A DNA stretch of 64,000 nucleotides. Source: an uncultured Planctomycetales bacterium (GTDB lineage Bacteria > Omnitrophota > Gorgyraeia > Zapsychrales > Fredricksoniimonadaceae). Where the stretch lies: positions 2,745-66,744 of the forward strand of contig CAZOXU010000008.1 in assembly GCA_964583975.1 (NCBI GenBank). Reading direction: 5' to 3'. Below are positions 47,121 to 54,916 of the stretch, in pieces. Under the pieces are notes generated by a model, which saw nothing but the letters and a program-made list of their open reading frames with translations, ran no database searches and was not told the DNA's origin. A program made the position numbers and the translations under genes. The number at the start of each line of letters is the position of its first letter. The stretch's first letter is position 1.

Positions 47121-47546
47121 ATGGAAAAGAAAGCAACAGCAGTTTGGCTCGGATCATTAAAAGATGGTAAAGGAATTATTTCAACTGAAAGTGGAGCATT
47201 ATCAAAGGCGCCATATGGTTTTAACACCCGTTTTGAAGGTGTGGCTGGGACTAATCCTGAAGAGCTTATCGGTGCGGCCCATGCTGGATGTTTTTCAATG
47301 GCGCTGTCTGCACAATTATCAAATGCAGGTTTGACTGCCGAAAGAATTGATACGCAAGCAACAGTATCTTTTGAGAAATTAGAACCAGGTTGGACCATTA
47401 CTGGTGTTCATTTGGATGTCAGCGCTGAAGTTCCTGGAGTAGACGCTGCTAAATTTGAAGAAATTGCCAATAACGCTAAAACTGGCTGTCCTATCTCACG
47501 AGTTTTGAATACCAAGATCACAATGACGGCAAAGTTGTTGGAATAA
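47121..47546 (+). CDS. osmC: OsmC/Ohr-family peroxiredoxin-like protein
   Basis: Motif AAHAGCFSMALSAQL (first conserved Cys) and a second Cys in KTGCPISRVL. RBS AAGGAG supports the 47121 start over the track's 47082. Confidence 0.8.
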   Translation: MEKKATAVWLGSLKDGKGIISTESGALSKAPYGFNTRFEGVAGTNPEELIGAAHAGCFSMALSAQLSNAGLTAERIDTQATVSFEKLEPGWTITGVHLDVSAEVPGVDAAKFEEIANNAKTGCPISRVLNTKITMTAKLLE

Positions 47547-47568
47547 GACCTCAAAGAAAGGAAAGTGT

Positions 47569-47682
47569 ATGCGTTATATTCTCGTATTAGTTGCTGTGGT
47601 AGGGTTGATTTCTGGGTGTTGCGGTATGAAAAAGCACTGCCCTGTAGGCTGTACCAAACCTTGCTGTGCTGCACAGAAATAA
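47569..47682 (+). CDS. 37-aa cysteine-rich lipopeptide precursor (signal peptide plus lipobox, mature part with 7 Cys), not in the ORF track
   Basis: MRYILVLVAVVGLISGCCGMKKHCPVGCTKPCCAAQK. RBS AAGGAAAG 7 nt upstream, and an intrinsic terminator immediately downstream. Confidence 0.5.
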   Translation: MRYILVLVAVVGLISGCCGMKKHCPVGCTKPCCAAQK

Positions 47683-47696
47683 GTAAAGCAAATAGG

Positions 47697-47731
47697 AAGG
47701 GGACTGTCCCCTTTTGGGGACTGTCCCTTTC
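47697..47731 (+). terminator. Rho-independent terminator with a duplicated stem (ggggactgtcccc-tttt-ggggactgtccc-ttt)
   Basis: A GC stem-loop followed by a T-run, present in two tandem copies directly after the lipopeptide ORF. Confidence 0.6.
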
Positions 47732-47824
47732 GATTGCTTTCGATTGGTGTAAAGGGCTAGGTAGAAGCGTTCTATATTTCTTACAGGCTATTGACGTGAA
47801 AGAAATAAGGAAAGTGTGTAGATA

Positions 47825-48655
47825 ATGATTATATTTGATAATTTAATTCTTTGGATCGTTCCTCTTGTTATTCTTTTTTATTTTATTTGTTTCTTAATAT
47901 TCATCTGCCCAAGTCTTCGAAAAAAGATAAAAGGGTGCCTTCCTCCCACATGTTTAGCCAAATTTGACAGTGGAGCTTTTCAAGAATCTGTAAGAACGTT
48001 TCTTCCACCAGCATTCTTTACTTTATTAATTGCTTATGCGGTATTTGGTAAAGTAAATTATATTGAAGAAAAGCTTAAGATTGATCTTTTAGCAGAACCA
48101 TGTGTTAATTCTTTGGATAGGGGTAATGGAAAACAATATTGTCTAGATTTTGCAAAGTTAATTTCTGTCCATAAAGATAATTTTTATTTAAATAAATATA
48201 TGATTGTTCAAGTTGAGAAAATTTATGCCAAGGTTTATAAAATGGGCTCAGAAACTCCAATTTATAGAGGAAATCACAAAGATACGAATGGAAATGACAT
48301 TTTAATTAGAGAAGAGGTTAACAATCTTAATTTGAGCAATATTTATGATCATTTAGGGCATTCTTTTTGGCGAAGTAGAATGGCTGCTTGTTATTTGTTG
48401 TCTGGAATTAATAATGATTTGATTAATAAACCCTTATCAGAAATTAAATGGAAAGATATATTGGGAAAATTAGTAAACTTAATAAAAGATAAAAATGAAG
48501 AGTTTGAGGTTAGGTTAATGGCTCAAATGACTTACGCGAGGTTAACTAACTTGGGAGTCCATCTTACTGAAGATGTCTTTGGGTTTGATTGGTTGGTGAA
48601 AGATTGGGACAAGAATTCAGATATAATTATAAAAAGATTGGAAAAGGAGAAATAG
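47825..48655 (+). CDS. Hypothetical membrane-anchored protein encoded by a markedly AT-rich gene
   Basis: 276 aa with an N-terminal TM helix. Codon composition is visibly more A/T-rich than its neighbours. No recognisable domain. Confidence 0.45.
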   Translation: MIIFDNLILWIVPLVILFYFICFLIFICPSLRKKIKGCLPPTCLAKFDSGAFQESVRTFLPPAFFTLLIAYAVFGKVNYIEEKLKIDLLAEPCVNSLDRGNGKQYCLDFAKLISVHKDNFYLNKYMIVQVEKIYAKVYKMGSETPIYRGNHKDTNGNDILIREEVNNLNLSNIYDHLGHSFWRSRMAACYLLSGINNDLINKPLSEIKWKDILGKLVNLIKDKNEEFEVRLMAQMTYARLTNLGVHLTEDVFGFDWLVKDWDKNSDIIIKRLEKEK

Positions 48656-48705
48656 GGTAATATTCTAGATTTTTTTAGAAAGAAATAATGAATAAAATAT
48701 TTCTT

Positions 48706-48757
48706 GAAACCTACGGCTGGCCCTTACAGATTCCTTTGGAATCTAAGCGTAGGGGTT
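48706..48757. repeat. Hairpin repeat, family C copy 1
   Basis: gaaacctacggctggcccttacagattcctttggaatctaagcgtaggggt. CCTACG pairs with CGTAGG, and the inner arm is AGATTCC / GGAATCT. Confidence 0.6.
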
Positions 48758-48764
48758 ATAGCAA

Positions 48765-49037
48765 TTGATGGATAGACATGGTAAATTTTATGTATATATT
48801 ATCGAAGACAAAAATGGGACATATTACACTGGTTACACTCAAGATGTTCAGAAACGATTAGAGTTACATCAAAAAGGTCAGGGGGCTAAGTATTTGAGAG
48901 GTAAAATGCCATTGAAGTTGGTATATGTTAAGGAATACCGATATTATAAATTAGCACTGCATGCGGAATTAAAAATTAAAAGCTATACACGAGAGAGAAA
49001 AGAAGAGCTAGTGAGAATATATGAAAATAGTAAATAA
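48765..49037 (+). CDS. GIY-YIG nuclease-family protein (short UPF0213/YhbQ-like)
   Basis: Motif KFYVYIIEDKNGTYYTGYTQDVQKRLELH is the GIY...YIG signature. 90 aa. Confidence 0.75.
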   Translation: MMDRHGKFYVYIIEDKNGTYYTGYTQDVQKRLELHQKGQGAKYLRGKMPLKLVYVKEYRYYKLALHAELKIKSYTRERKEELVRIYENSK

Positions 49038-49040
49038 TCA

Positions 49041-49095
49041 GAAACCTACGGCTGCCCCCACAGATTTGCTGAAAGCAAATCTAAGCGTGGGGGCA
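49041..49095. repeat. Hairpin repeat, family C copy 2
   Basis: gaaacctacggctgcccccacagatttgctgaaagcaaatctaagcgtgggggc. Same flanks as copy 1, with compensatory changes in the stems. Confidence 0.6.
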
Positions 49096-49098
49096 CCC

Positions 49099-50424
49099 AT
49101 GCTTATGTTTCCAGAAAAACCGAAGGTTTTCCTGGAAACATATGGGTGTGCCATGAATGAGTACGACTCCGAACTCATTCGTTCGATTCTCAAGAAAGAG
49201 AACTTTGAGTTCGTGCCCCGCGAGAAAGAGGCAGACATTGTCATGCTCAACACCTGCGCCATTCGTGAGCATGCGCACAGGAAGATCTACGGCCGTGTGC
49301 ATCAGCTGCGCCATGATCGAAAGGGCAAGCCCATCATGATTGGTTTGCTTGGCTGCATGGTGACCAACCTACGCCAGGAACTCCTAGAAGATCGGTCGCT
49401 TAAGATCGACTTCATTGCCGGGCCAGACTCGTATAAGCGTCTGCCGGATTTGATCCGCGAGGCGACTGATGATGGCGCCAAAGGTTATGATGCTACTTTA
49501 AGCGAGTTTGAAACCTATTCTGATATTACCCCGAGCCGTAAAGAAGGCATCAATGCCTGGATCGCCATCATGCGCGGCTGCAACAATTTCTGCACCTTCT
49601 GTGTGGTGCCTTACACCCGTGGCCGCGAACGTAGCCGGGATCCAAAGAATATAGTTGAGGAAGTCGAGCGGCTCGCTGCCGAGGGCTTCAAGCAGGTGAC
49701 CTTGCTGGGGCAGAACGTGAATTCCTACCGCTATGAAGACTATGATTTTGCTTATCTGATGGAAGAAGTTGCTAAGGTCAAGGGCATTGAGCGCATTCGT
49801 TTCACCTCACCGCATCCTAAGGACTATCCCGATCGATTCTTAGATGTCATGGCCAGTAACCCCAAGGTCTGCAAAAGCATTCATATCCCGCTGCAGGCTG
49901 GCAATAACAGGGTGCTTGGGCTTATGGATCGCTCGTACACTAAGGAGGAGTTTTTGGCTCTCGCCGATAAGATGAAAAAACGAATCCCAGGCGTGACCCT
50001 GACAACCGATATTATCGTAGGCTTTCCCACCGAAACCGATGAAGAGTTTGAAGATACCCTTGATGTGGTCCAGAAAGTCCAGTTTGACGTGGCTTTTACC
50101 TTTAAATACTCCGAGCGTAAAGGTACCATTGCCGCTAAGAAATACCCTGATGATGTCTCTGAGGAAACCAAGACCCAGCGTATTATGCGTTTAATTGAGA
50201 TCCAGCGAGCCATCACCTTGAAGAACAATCAGGGCTATATCGGCCGAGTTTGCGATATCTTGATTGAGCCAGCCTTGGGTGAGAATGCTCAAAACAATGT
50301 GGTTGGGCGTACCGATGGCAACCACCTGGTCATTCTGCCACAAGGACCCTATAAAATAGGCGACACCATCAAGGCGCGCATCACGGACGCCACCCCGCAT
50401 GTACTTAAAGCCATCCCAGTATAA
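49099..50424 (+). CDS. miaB: tRNA methylthiotransferase (MiaB/RimO family; radical SAM plus TRAM)
   Basis: N-terminal FLETYGCAMNEYDSE, radical-SAM motif CNNFCTFCVVP, C-terminal TRAM domain. The 49099 start is preferred because 49021-49098 is occupied by the repeat. The gene is visibly GC-richer than the rest of the window. Confidence 0.85.
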   Translation: MLMFPEKPKVFLETYGCAMNEYDSELIRSILKKENFEFVPREKEADIVMLNTCAIREHAHRKIYGRVHQLRHDRKGKPIMIGLLGCMVTNLRQELLEDRSLKIDFIAGPDSYKRLPDLIREATDDGAKGYDATLSEFETYSDITPSRKEGINAWIAIMRGCNNFCTFCVVPYTRGRERSRDPKNIVEEVERLAAEGFKQVTLLGQNVNSYRYEDYDFAYLMEEVAKVKGIERIRFTSPHPKDYPDRFLDVMASNPKVCKSIHIPLQAGNNRVLGLMDRSYTKEEFLALADKMKKRIPGVTLTTDIIVGFPTETDEEFEDTLDVVQKVQFDVAFTFKYSERKGTIAAKKYPDDVSEETKTQRIMRLIEIQRAITLKNNQGYIGRVCDILIEPALGENAQNNVVGRTDGNHLVILPQGPYKIGDTIKARITDATPHVLKAIPV

Positions 50425-50550
50425 AATACTTGTAACTTTTCTCCTCTTTGTGCGTTTAAAGGATAGAGAGAGATGAAGACCTGATTTACCTGTCCCTGCC
50501 AGCGCTGGTAGGGACAGGCGGCCAGTAACAAAGTAACGTGGAATTTAGGT

Positions 50551-51120
50551 ATGAATGACGAAGAACTCATAGTGAAGTTCTACCAAGACGACAAGGAGGC
50601 GCTCGACATGCTGTTTAAGCGTCATAAGGAAGGACTGTTCAATTTTGCTCTGCGGCTAACAGTCAATCGCGCTGATGCCGAAGATGCAGTTAGCCATTCC
50701 TTTATGACTGTCTGTGAGCGCAAATATCAGCCTGTGGCTGGGGCTAGTTTTAAGACCTGGCTTTATACGGTGGCTCGCAATTCCTGTCTTTCTAAATTTC
50801 GTCATCAGAATAAATTCTTTTCCTTATGGTCATCGAAAGATACCGAAGAAACCCAGCCGATTGATGTTGCCGACACCAAGCAATCAGCAAGTGACCATTT
50901 AAATCAGCAAGAATTATCAGCTATTGTCCAAAAAGCAGTACACCGATTGCCGGTAGAGCAAAAAGAAGCTTTATTGTTAAGAGAATATCATGGTTTTAGT
51001 TATGAAGAAATCGCCCAGGTCCTTGATTGTTCATTAGAAAAGGTTAAGGTGCTGATATTCCGTGCGCGTAATCAACTTAAAACTCTGCTTCCACCTGTGG
51101 TGCTAGAGGAGGGAAGGTAA
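50551..51120 (+). CDS. ECF-subfamily RNA polymerase sigma factor
   Basis: Sigma-70 region 2 (FNFALRLTVNRADAEDAVSHSF...TWLYTVARN) and region 4 (EYHGFSYEEIAQVL). Confidence 0.85.
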   Translation: MNDEELIVKFYQDDKEALDMLFKRHKEGLFNFALRLTVNRADAEDAVSHSFMTVCERKYQPVAGASFKTWLYTVARNSCLSKFRHQNKFFSLWSSKDTEETQPIDVADTKQSASDHLNQQELSAIVQKAVHRLPVEQKEALLLREYHGFSYEEIAQVLDCSLEKVKVLIFRARNQLKTLLPPVVLEEGR

Positions 51121-51121
51121 T

Positions 51122-52522
51122 ATGACCCACGAAAATATTAAAATCCTCATTTCTGCTTACCTCGATGGTGAAACAACACCATCTGAGAAAATACAAGTCG
51201 AAGAACATTTATCCTCCTGTGCCGAATGCCAGAAGGAGTATCAAACGTATAAGGCCATGTCTAACTCTCTCTCGAAATGGTCTAATGAACGTCTCTCTCC
51301 GGATGAAGAAATCAAGATTCATAACCACCTTCAACGAAGGAGAGAACCTATGTTTACAAAACGTAACCTCATGGCATTAGGAACAACCTTGGCATTAACC
51401 ATTATGATTGGAAGTGTAGTGCAGCAGTACACGTCAAAGAGTTATTTTGTTGGCAGAAAAGATGCATCGACAGCAGCAACTGTAGCTCGGAGTAGTTTGA
51501 TATCGACTAAGGAATATGAACCTTATTATAAAAGCGAAACGCTTGCACTTAAAGGAGAAGCTAGTACATATGCTCCTGCTATGGCTAAGGCGCAGGTATT
51601 TGACGCTGTACAGCCAGAAAGCGCATCTAATCAAGCTATGGATGCTGTCCAAAGAAAAAATATGGCCAAAGTACAAGCTCTATTTTTGAATGCGGCTCGA
51701 CAACAAAATAGGGGTGCAGCAGCAGTTGCTTTGAAATCCGCTAATAATTATTATCAAGGTAATGGAGCTGGAACTAGCTATGCAGGAGGGGTTGCTGCTT
51801 ATTATGATGTCGATGAACAAGATCGTAAAAAGATTCAAAGGGCAGGTTTGAGCCTGCAAGTTGAAAATGCCTTTAAAACAAAGTCTCAACTAACAGAATT
51901 AATGACGCAATTGAATGCCATTATCGTGAGTTCCCAATTTAATCGATCTCCTGATGGACCAGGGTATGGTGTGATGGTCTGTAAGGTGTATCCCAAAGAC
52001 TTAGAACCAGCCTTGCAGCAGATTAGAAAGTTGGGCGAGGTAGAAAATGAAAATCAAAGTTTAATGGATGTCACTGATCAGTATGCTGATGCTCACAAGA
52101 ACATGGCTCAATACCGATCTGATAAAGAACGTTTGGAAAAGTCCTTAAATAATTTTAAGCTCTTTAATCCAACAACAGATGCTGAAAAACAAAATATCCA
52201 ACAGCAAATTGAGCATACTCAAGAGCAGCTTAAAGCGCTCGAGCGTGTGATTCATTTTTACCAAGAACAAACCCAGATGAGTTTGGTGACGATTGATTAT
52301 CATGATAATTATAAAACAGTCGTTAAAGATAAAGAGGTCACTGTACAATGGAAAGAGAGACTAGCTGACAAATGGAAAACAACCGTTGATGCTTCAGTCG
52401 ATGTGTTTACTAATATTTTGTTTTCTAGCCTCGTATTGCTTTCTTATGTGGCTCCCATATTAATTTGGGTGATTGTTTTTATTATCTTGTTTTCGATTGT
52501 CCGGTTGTTTTTTAGAAAATAA
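51122..52522 (+). CDS. Putative anti-sigma factor (zinc-finger type N-terminus, TM helix, large coiled-coil extracytoplasmic domain, C-terminal TM)
   Basis: HLSSCAECQKEY matches the HxxxCxxC anti-sigma zinc motif. Starts 2 nt after the ECF sigma stop. TM segments at about 85-105 and at the C-terminus. Confidence 0.5.
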   Translation: MTHENIKILISAYLDGETTPSEKIQVEEHLSSCAECQKEYQTYKAMSNSLSKWSNERLSPDEEIKIHNHLQRRREPMFTKRNLMALGTTLALTIMIGSVVQQYTSKSYFVGRKDASTAATVARSSLISTKEYEPYYKSETLALKGEASTYAPAMAKAQVFDAVQPESASNQAMDAVQRKNMAKVQALFLNAARQQNRGAAAVALKSANNYYQGNGAGTSYAGGVAAYYDVDEQDRKKIQRAGLSLQVENAFKTKSQLTELMTQLNAIIVSSQFNRSPDGPGYGVMVCKVYPKDLEPALQQIRKLGEVENENQSLMDVTDQYADAHKNMAQYRSDKERLEKSLNNFKLFNPTTDAEKQNIQQQIEHTQEQLKALERVIHFYQEQTQMSLVTIDYHDNYKTVVKDKEVTVQWKERLADKWKTTVDASVDVFTNILFSSLVLLSYVAPILIWVIVFIILFSIVRLFFRK

Positions 52523-52639
52523 GATGTTCTTCTCTAAATTAGGGCTTTGCCTTTAAGGTAAGGCCCTAATTTATTCTTCTGTCATCCTTCCGCTTGCTAA
52601 AATTATTAATGTAAGATATATTATCGGTTTATAATTACT

Positions 52640-52709
52640 TGTCGTCCCCGAATGTTTTAGTCGGGGACCCAGTACACTAGATTCCCGATTAAAGCATTCG
52701 GGAATGACA
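52640..52709. repeat. Structured intergenic repeat, family A copy 2
   Basis: tgtcgtccccgaatgttttagtcggggacccagtacactagattcccgattaaagcattcgggaatgaca. Terminal inverted repeats TGTCrTCCCCGAATG / CATTCGGGAATGACA. Confidence 0.7.
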
Positions 52710-52719
52710 GATTCGGAAT

Positions 52720-53751
52720 ATGCTAAAAACAGCGATCACACCACAACAACTTTTCGAAAAGCTCAAGGACATTAAACTTGGGGGGCAGGTCTGTGTGTAT
52801 TCCTTAAAGAAATGCGAGGAATTGGTACCCTTGATTAATGAAATTAATGAGCTCAAAGAAGAGAAGAATGCCGTTATCCTGGCACATTCCTACATTTCTC
52901 CCGAAATCATCTACGGAGTCAGTGACTTTGTGGGTGATTCTTATAAACTTTCCAAAGATGCTATCAATACCACGGCCAAGACCATTGTCTTTGTGGCGGT
53001 GCGTTTCATGGGTGAGACCGCTAAGATCCTTAATCCTCAAAAAGAAGTTTTGATTCCAGCACCATTAGACGGCTGCACCTTGGCTGACTCGATCAATGCC
53101 GCTCAAGTCCGCGAGCTGCGAAAGCAATATCCTGGTTATAGCTTTGTTTGCTACATTAATACCACGGCTGAGGTTAAGGCTGAGTGCGATGTGTGTGTTA
53201 CCTCAGCTAATGTGTATACCGTGGTTGAAAATTTCCCCAATGACAAAATATATTTCCTGCCTGATAAGTTTATGGGTGAAAACCTGCGCAATGAAATGAA
53301 GCGTAAAGGTATCAAAAAAGATATCCAATATTTCAGCGGCACCTGCTACGTGCATGAAGAATACAATATTGAAGATATCCTCAAAGTCCGTTTGGAATAT
53401 CCTAATGCTAAGATTGTCAGCCATCCAGAGTGCAACTCGGTAGTGGTTGGTAATTCTGATTTTGTCGGAAGCACCGAGCAGATGTTAGATTTTATGCGCA
53501 AAGACAAGGGCCAAGAGTTTTTGATGCTCACCGAGTGCGGGCTATCGAGTCGCTTGCAGGTGGAATTTCCTGAGAAAAAGTTGGTAGGAAGCTGCACCAT
53601 GTGCAAATATATGAAATCTAATTCATTGCAACAGATCCTTCGCGTTCTAAAATCGCCTACTGATAAAGATCGCGTGGTCTTTAGTGAAGATATTCGCTTA
53701 CGTGCCCTCAAAACCATCGAGGCCATGTTTAAGTATAATGTAACTAAATAA
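52720..53751 (+). CDS. nadA: Quinolinate synthase
   Basis: 343 aa. Motifs ILAHSY and FVGDS, and conserved Cys residues for the 4Fe-4S cluster in the C-terminal half. Confidence 0.8.
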   Translation: MLKTAITPQQLFEKLKDIKLGGQVCVYSLKKCEELVPLINEINELKEEKNAVILAHSYISPEIIYGVSDFVGDSYKLSKDAINTTAKTIVFVAVRFMGETAKILNPQKEVLIPAPLDGCTLADSINAAQVRELRKQYPGYSFVCYINTTAEVKAECDVCVTSANVYTVVENFPNDKIYFLPDKFMGENLRNEMKRKGIKKDIQYFSGTCYVHEEYNIEDILKVRLEYPNAKIVSHPECNSVVVGNSDFVGSTEQMLDFMRKDKGQEFLMLTECGLSSRLQVEFPEKKLVGSCTMCKYMKSNSLQQILRVLKSPTDKDRVVFSEDIRLRALKTIEAMFKYNVTK

Positions 53752-53774
53752 ACTAGTGCCAGGCACTATTTTCT

Positions 53775-54875
53775 ATGAGTCAACAATTCGTCGAAACTCA
53801 ATTCTTTACCTTTAATGAGCTGACGCTTAAAAGCGGTATCAAGCTCGGCCCCATTACGCTTGCTTACGAAACCTACGGTAAGCTTAATGCAGATAAGTCC
53901 AATGCCATTCTTGTCTTCCACGCTTTAACCGGAGATGCTAATGCCGCAGGTCTGCATAAGGATGCTAAGACTCCAGGCTGGTGGGACCCCATGATTGGCA
54001 GCGGCCGTGCGTTTGATACGGATCGTTACTTTGTTATCTGTGCTAATGTGATTGGCGGCTGTAAAGGGTCGACCGGCCCTTCATCGATTAATCCTGCGAC
54101 CGGCAAACCCTATGGCATGAGCTTTCCTGTAATCACTATTGAAGACATGGTCAAATCTCAGAAACAATTGATTGATCATTTAGGCATTAAGAAGCTTTTG
54201 TGTGCCACGGGCGGCTCGATGGGTGGCTTAATGGCCCTCGAATGGGCTGTGCGTTATCCTGACACCCTAGATTCCGCGATATTGATTGCAGCCAACTATA
54301 AACATACAGCCCAGCAGATCGCCTTACACGAAGTCGCGAGGCAGGCCATTATGTCCGATCCCAATTGGAATAAGGGTGATTACTACGGCAAGGAATTACC
54401 AGCTCAGGGAATGGCTGTGTCGCGGATGATTGGACATATCACCTACATGAGCGAGAAGTCCATGGAGGAAAAATTTGGTCGCAAGCTGCAAGGCAAGGAG
54501 AGAGTGGGGTATGATTTCTCCCACGACTTTGAGGTTGAAAGTTATCTTCGCTATAGAGGCGCCAGCTTTGTGCAAAGATTTGATGCCAATAGCTACCTGT
54601 ATCTTTCCAAGGCCCTGGATTATTTTGACCTAAGTGAAGACCAAGATCTTTTAAAAGTGTTTAAGAAAATTAAATCCAAGATTTTGATTATTACCTTTAC
54701 CTCAGACTGGTTGTATCCATCGTATCAGAGCAAGGACATGGTTAAGGCGATGAAGGCTAATGATGTGGATGTGTCTTTTGTTGAAATCACTACTAATTAT
54801 GGGCATGATTCGTTTTTGGTTGAGATTGATGGGCAATCGAAATTAGTAAGTCATTTTTTAAATAATGTGAAGTAA
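53775..54875 (+). CDS. metX: Homoserine O-acetyltransferase
   Basis: Alpha/beta hydrolase with start LVFHALTGDA and nucleophile motif GGSMGG. 366 aa. Confidence 0.9.
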   Translation: MSQQFVETQFFTFNELTLKSGIKLGPITLAYETYGKLNADKSNAILVFHALTGDANAAGLHKDAKTPGWWDPMIGSGRAFDTDRYFVICANVIGGCKGSTGPSSINPATGKPYGMSFPVITIEDMVKSQKQLIDHLGIKKLLCATGGSMGGLMALEWAVRYPDTLDSAILIAANYKHTAQQIALHEVARQAIMSDPNWNKGDYYGKELPAQGMAVSRMIGHITYMSEKSMEEKFGRKLQGKERVGYDFSHDFEVESYLRYRGASFVQRFDANSYLYLSKALDYFDLSEDQDLLKVFKKIKSKILIITFTSDWLYPSYQSKDMVKAMKANDVDVSFVEITTNYGHDSFLVEIDGQSKLVSHFLNNVK

Positions 54876-54908
54876 GGGCTGGGTTACCCAGCCCGTACAC
54901 ATACGGGC
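54876..54908. repeat. GC-rich palindromic (REP-like) element, family B
   Basis: gggctgggttacccagcccgtacacatacgggc. Lies between metX and metW. Confidence 0.7.
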
Positions 54909-54916
54909 AAGAAATC

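Noticed and set aside
47697-47760. Tandem short direct repeats (ggggactgtccc x2, cgattgctttcgattgg) considered as a mini CRISPR-like array
   Set aside because: There are only two copies, with no spacer structure and no cas genes. The pattern fits a duplicated intrinsic terminator.
47565-47825. 86-aa ORF listed in the six-frame track after osmC
   Set aside because: There is no RBS. It is Cys/Leu-rich nonsense that runs through the terminator hairpin. The 37-aa lipopeptide in a different frame, with an RBS and terminator, explains the region better.
49021-49098. N-terminal extension of miaB, which would overlap the GIY-YIG gene
   Set aside because: The extension is encoded by the family-C hairpin repeat and has no similarity to MiaB N-termini. 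The conserved MiaB start (FLETYGCAMNEYDS) follows the ATG at 49099.
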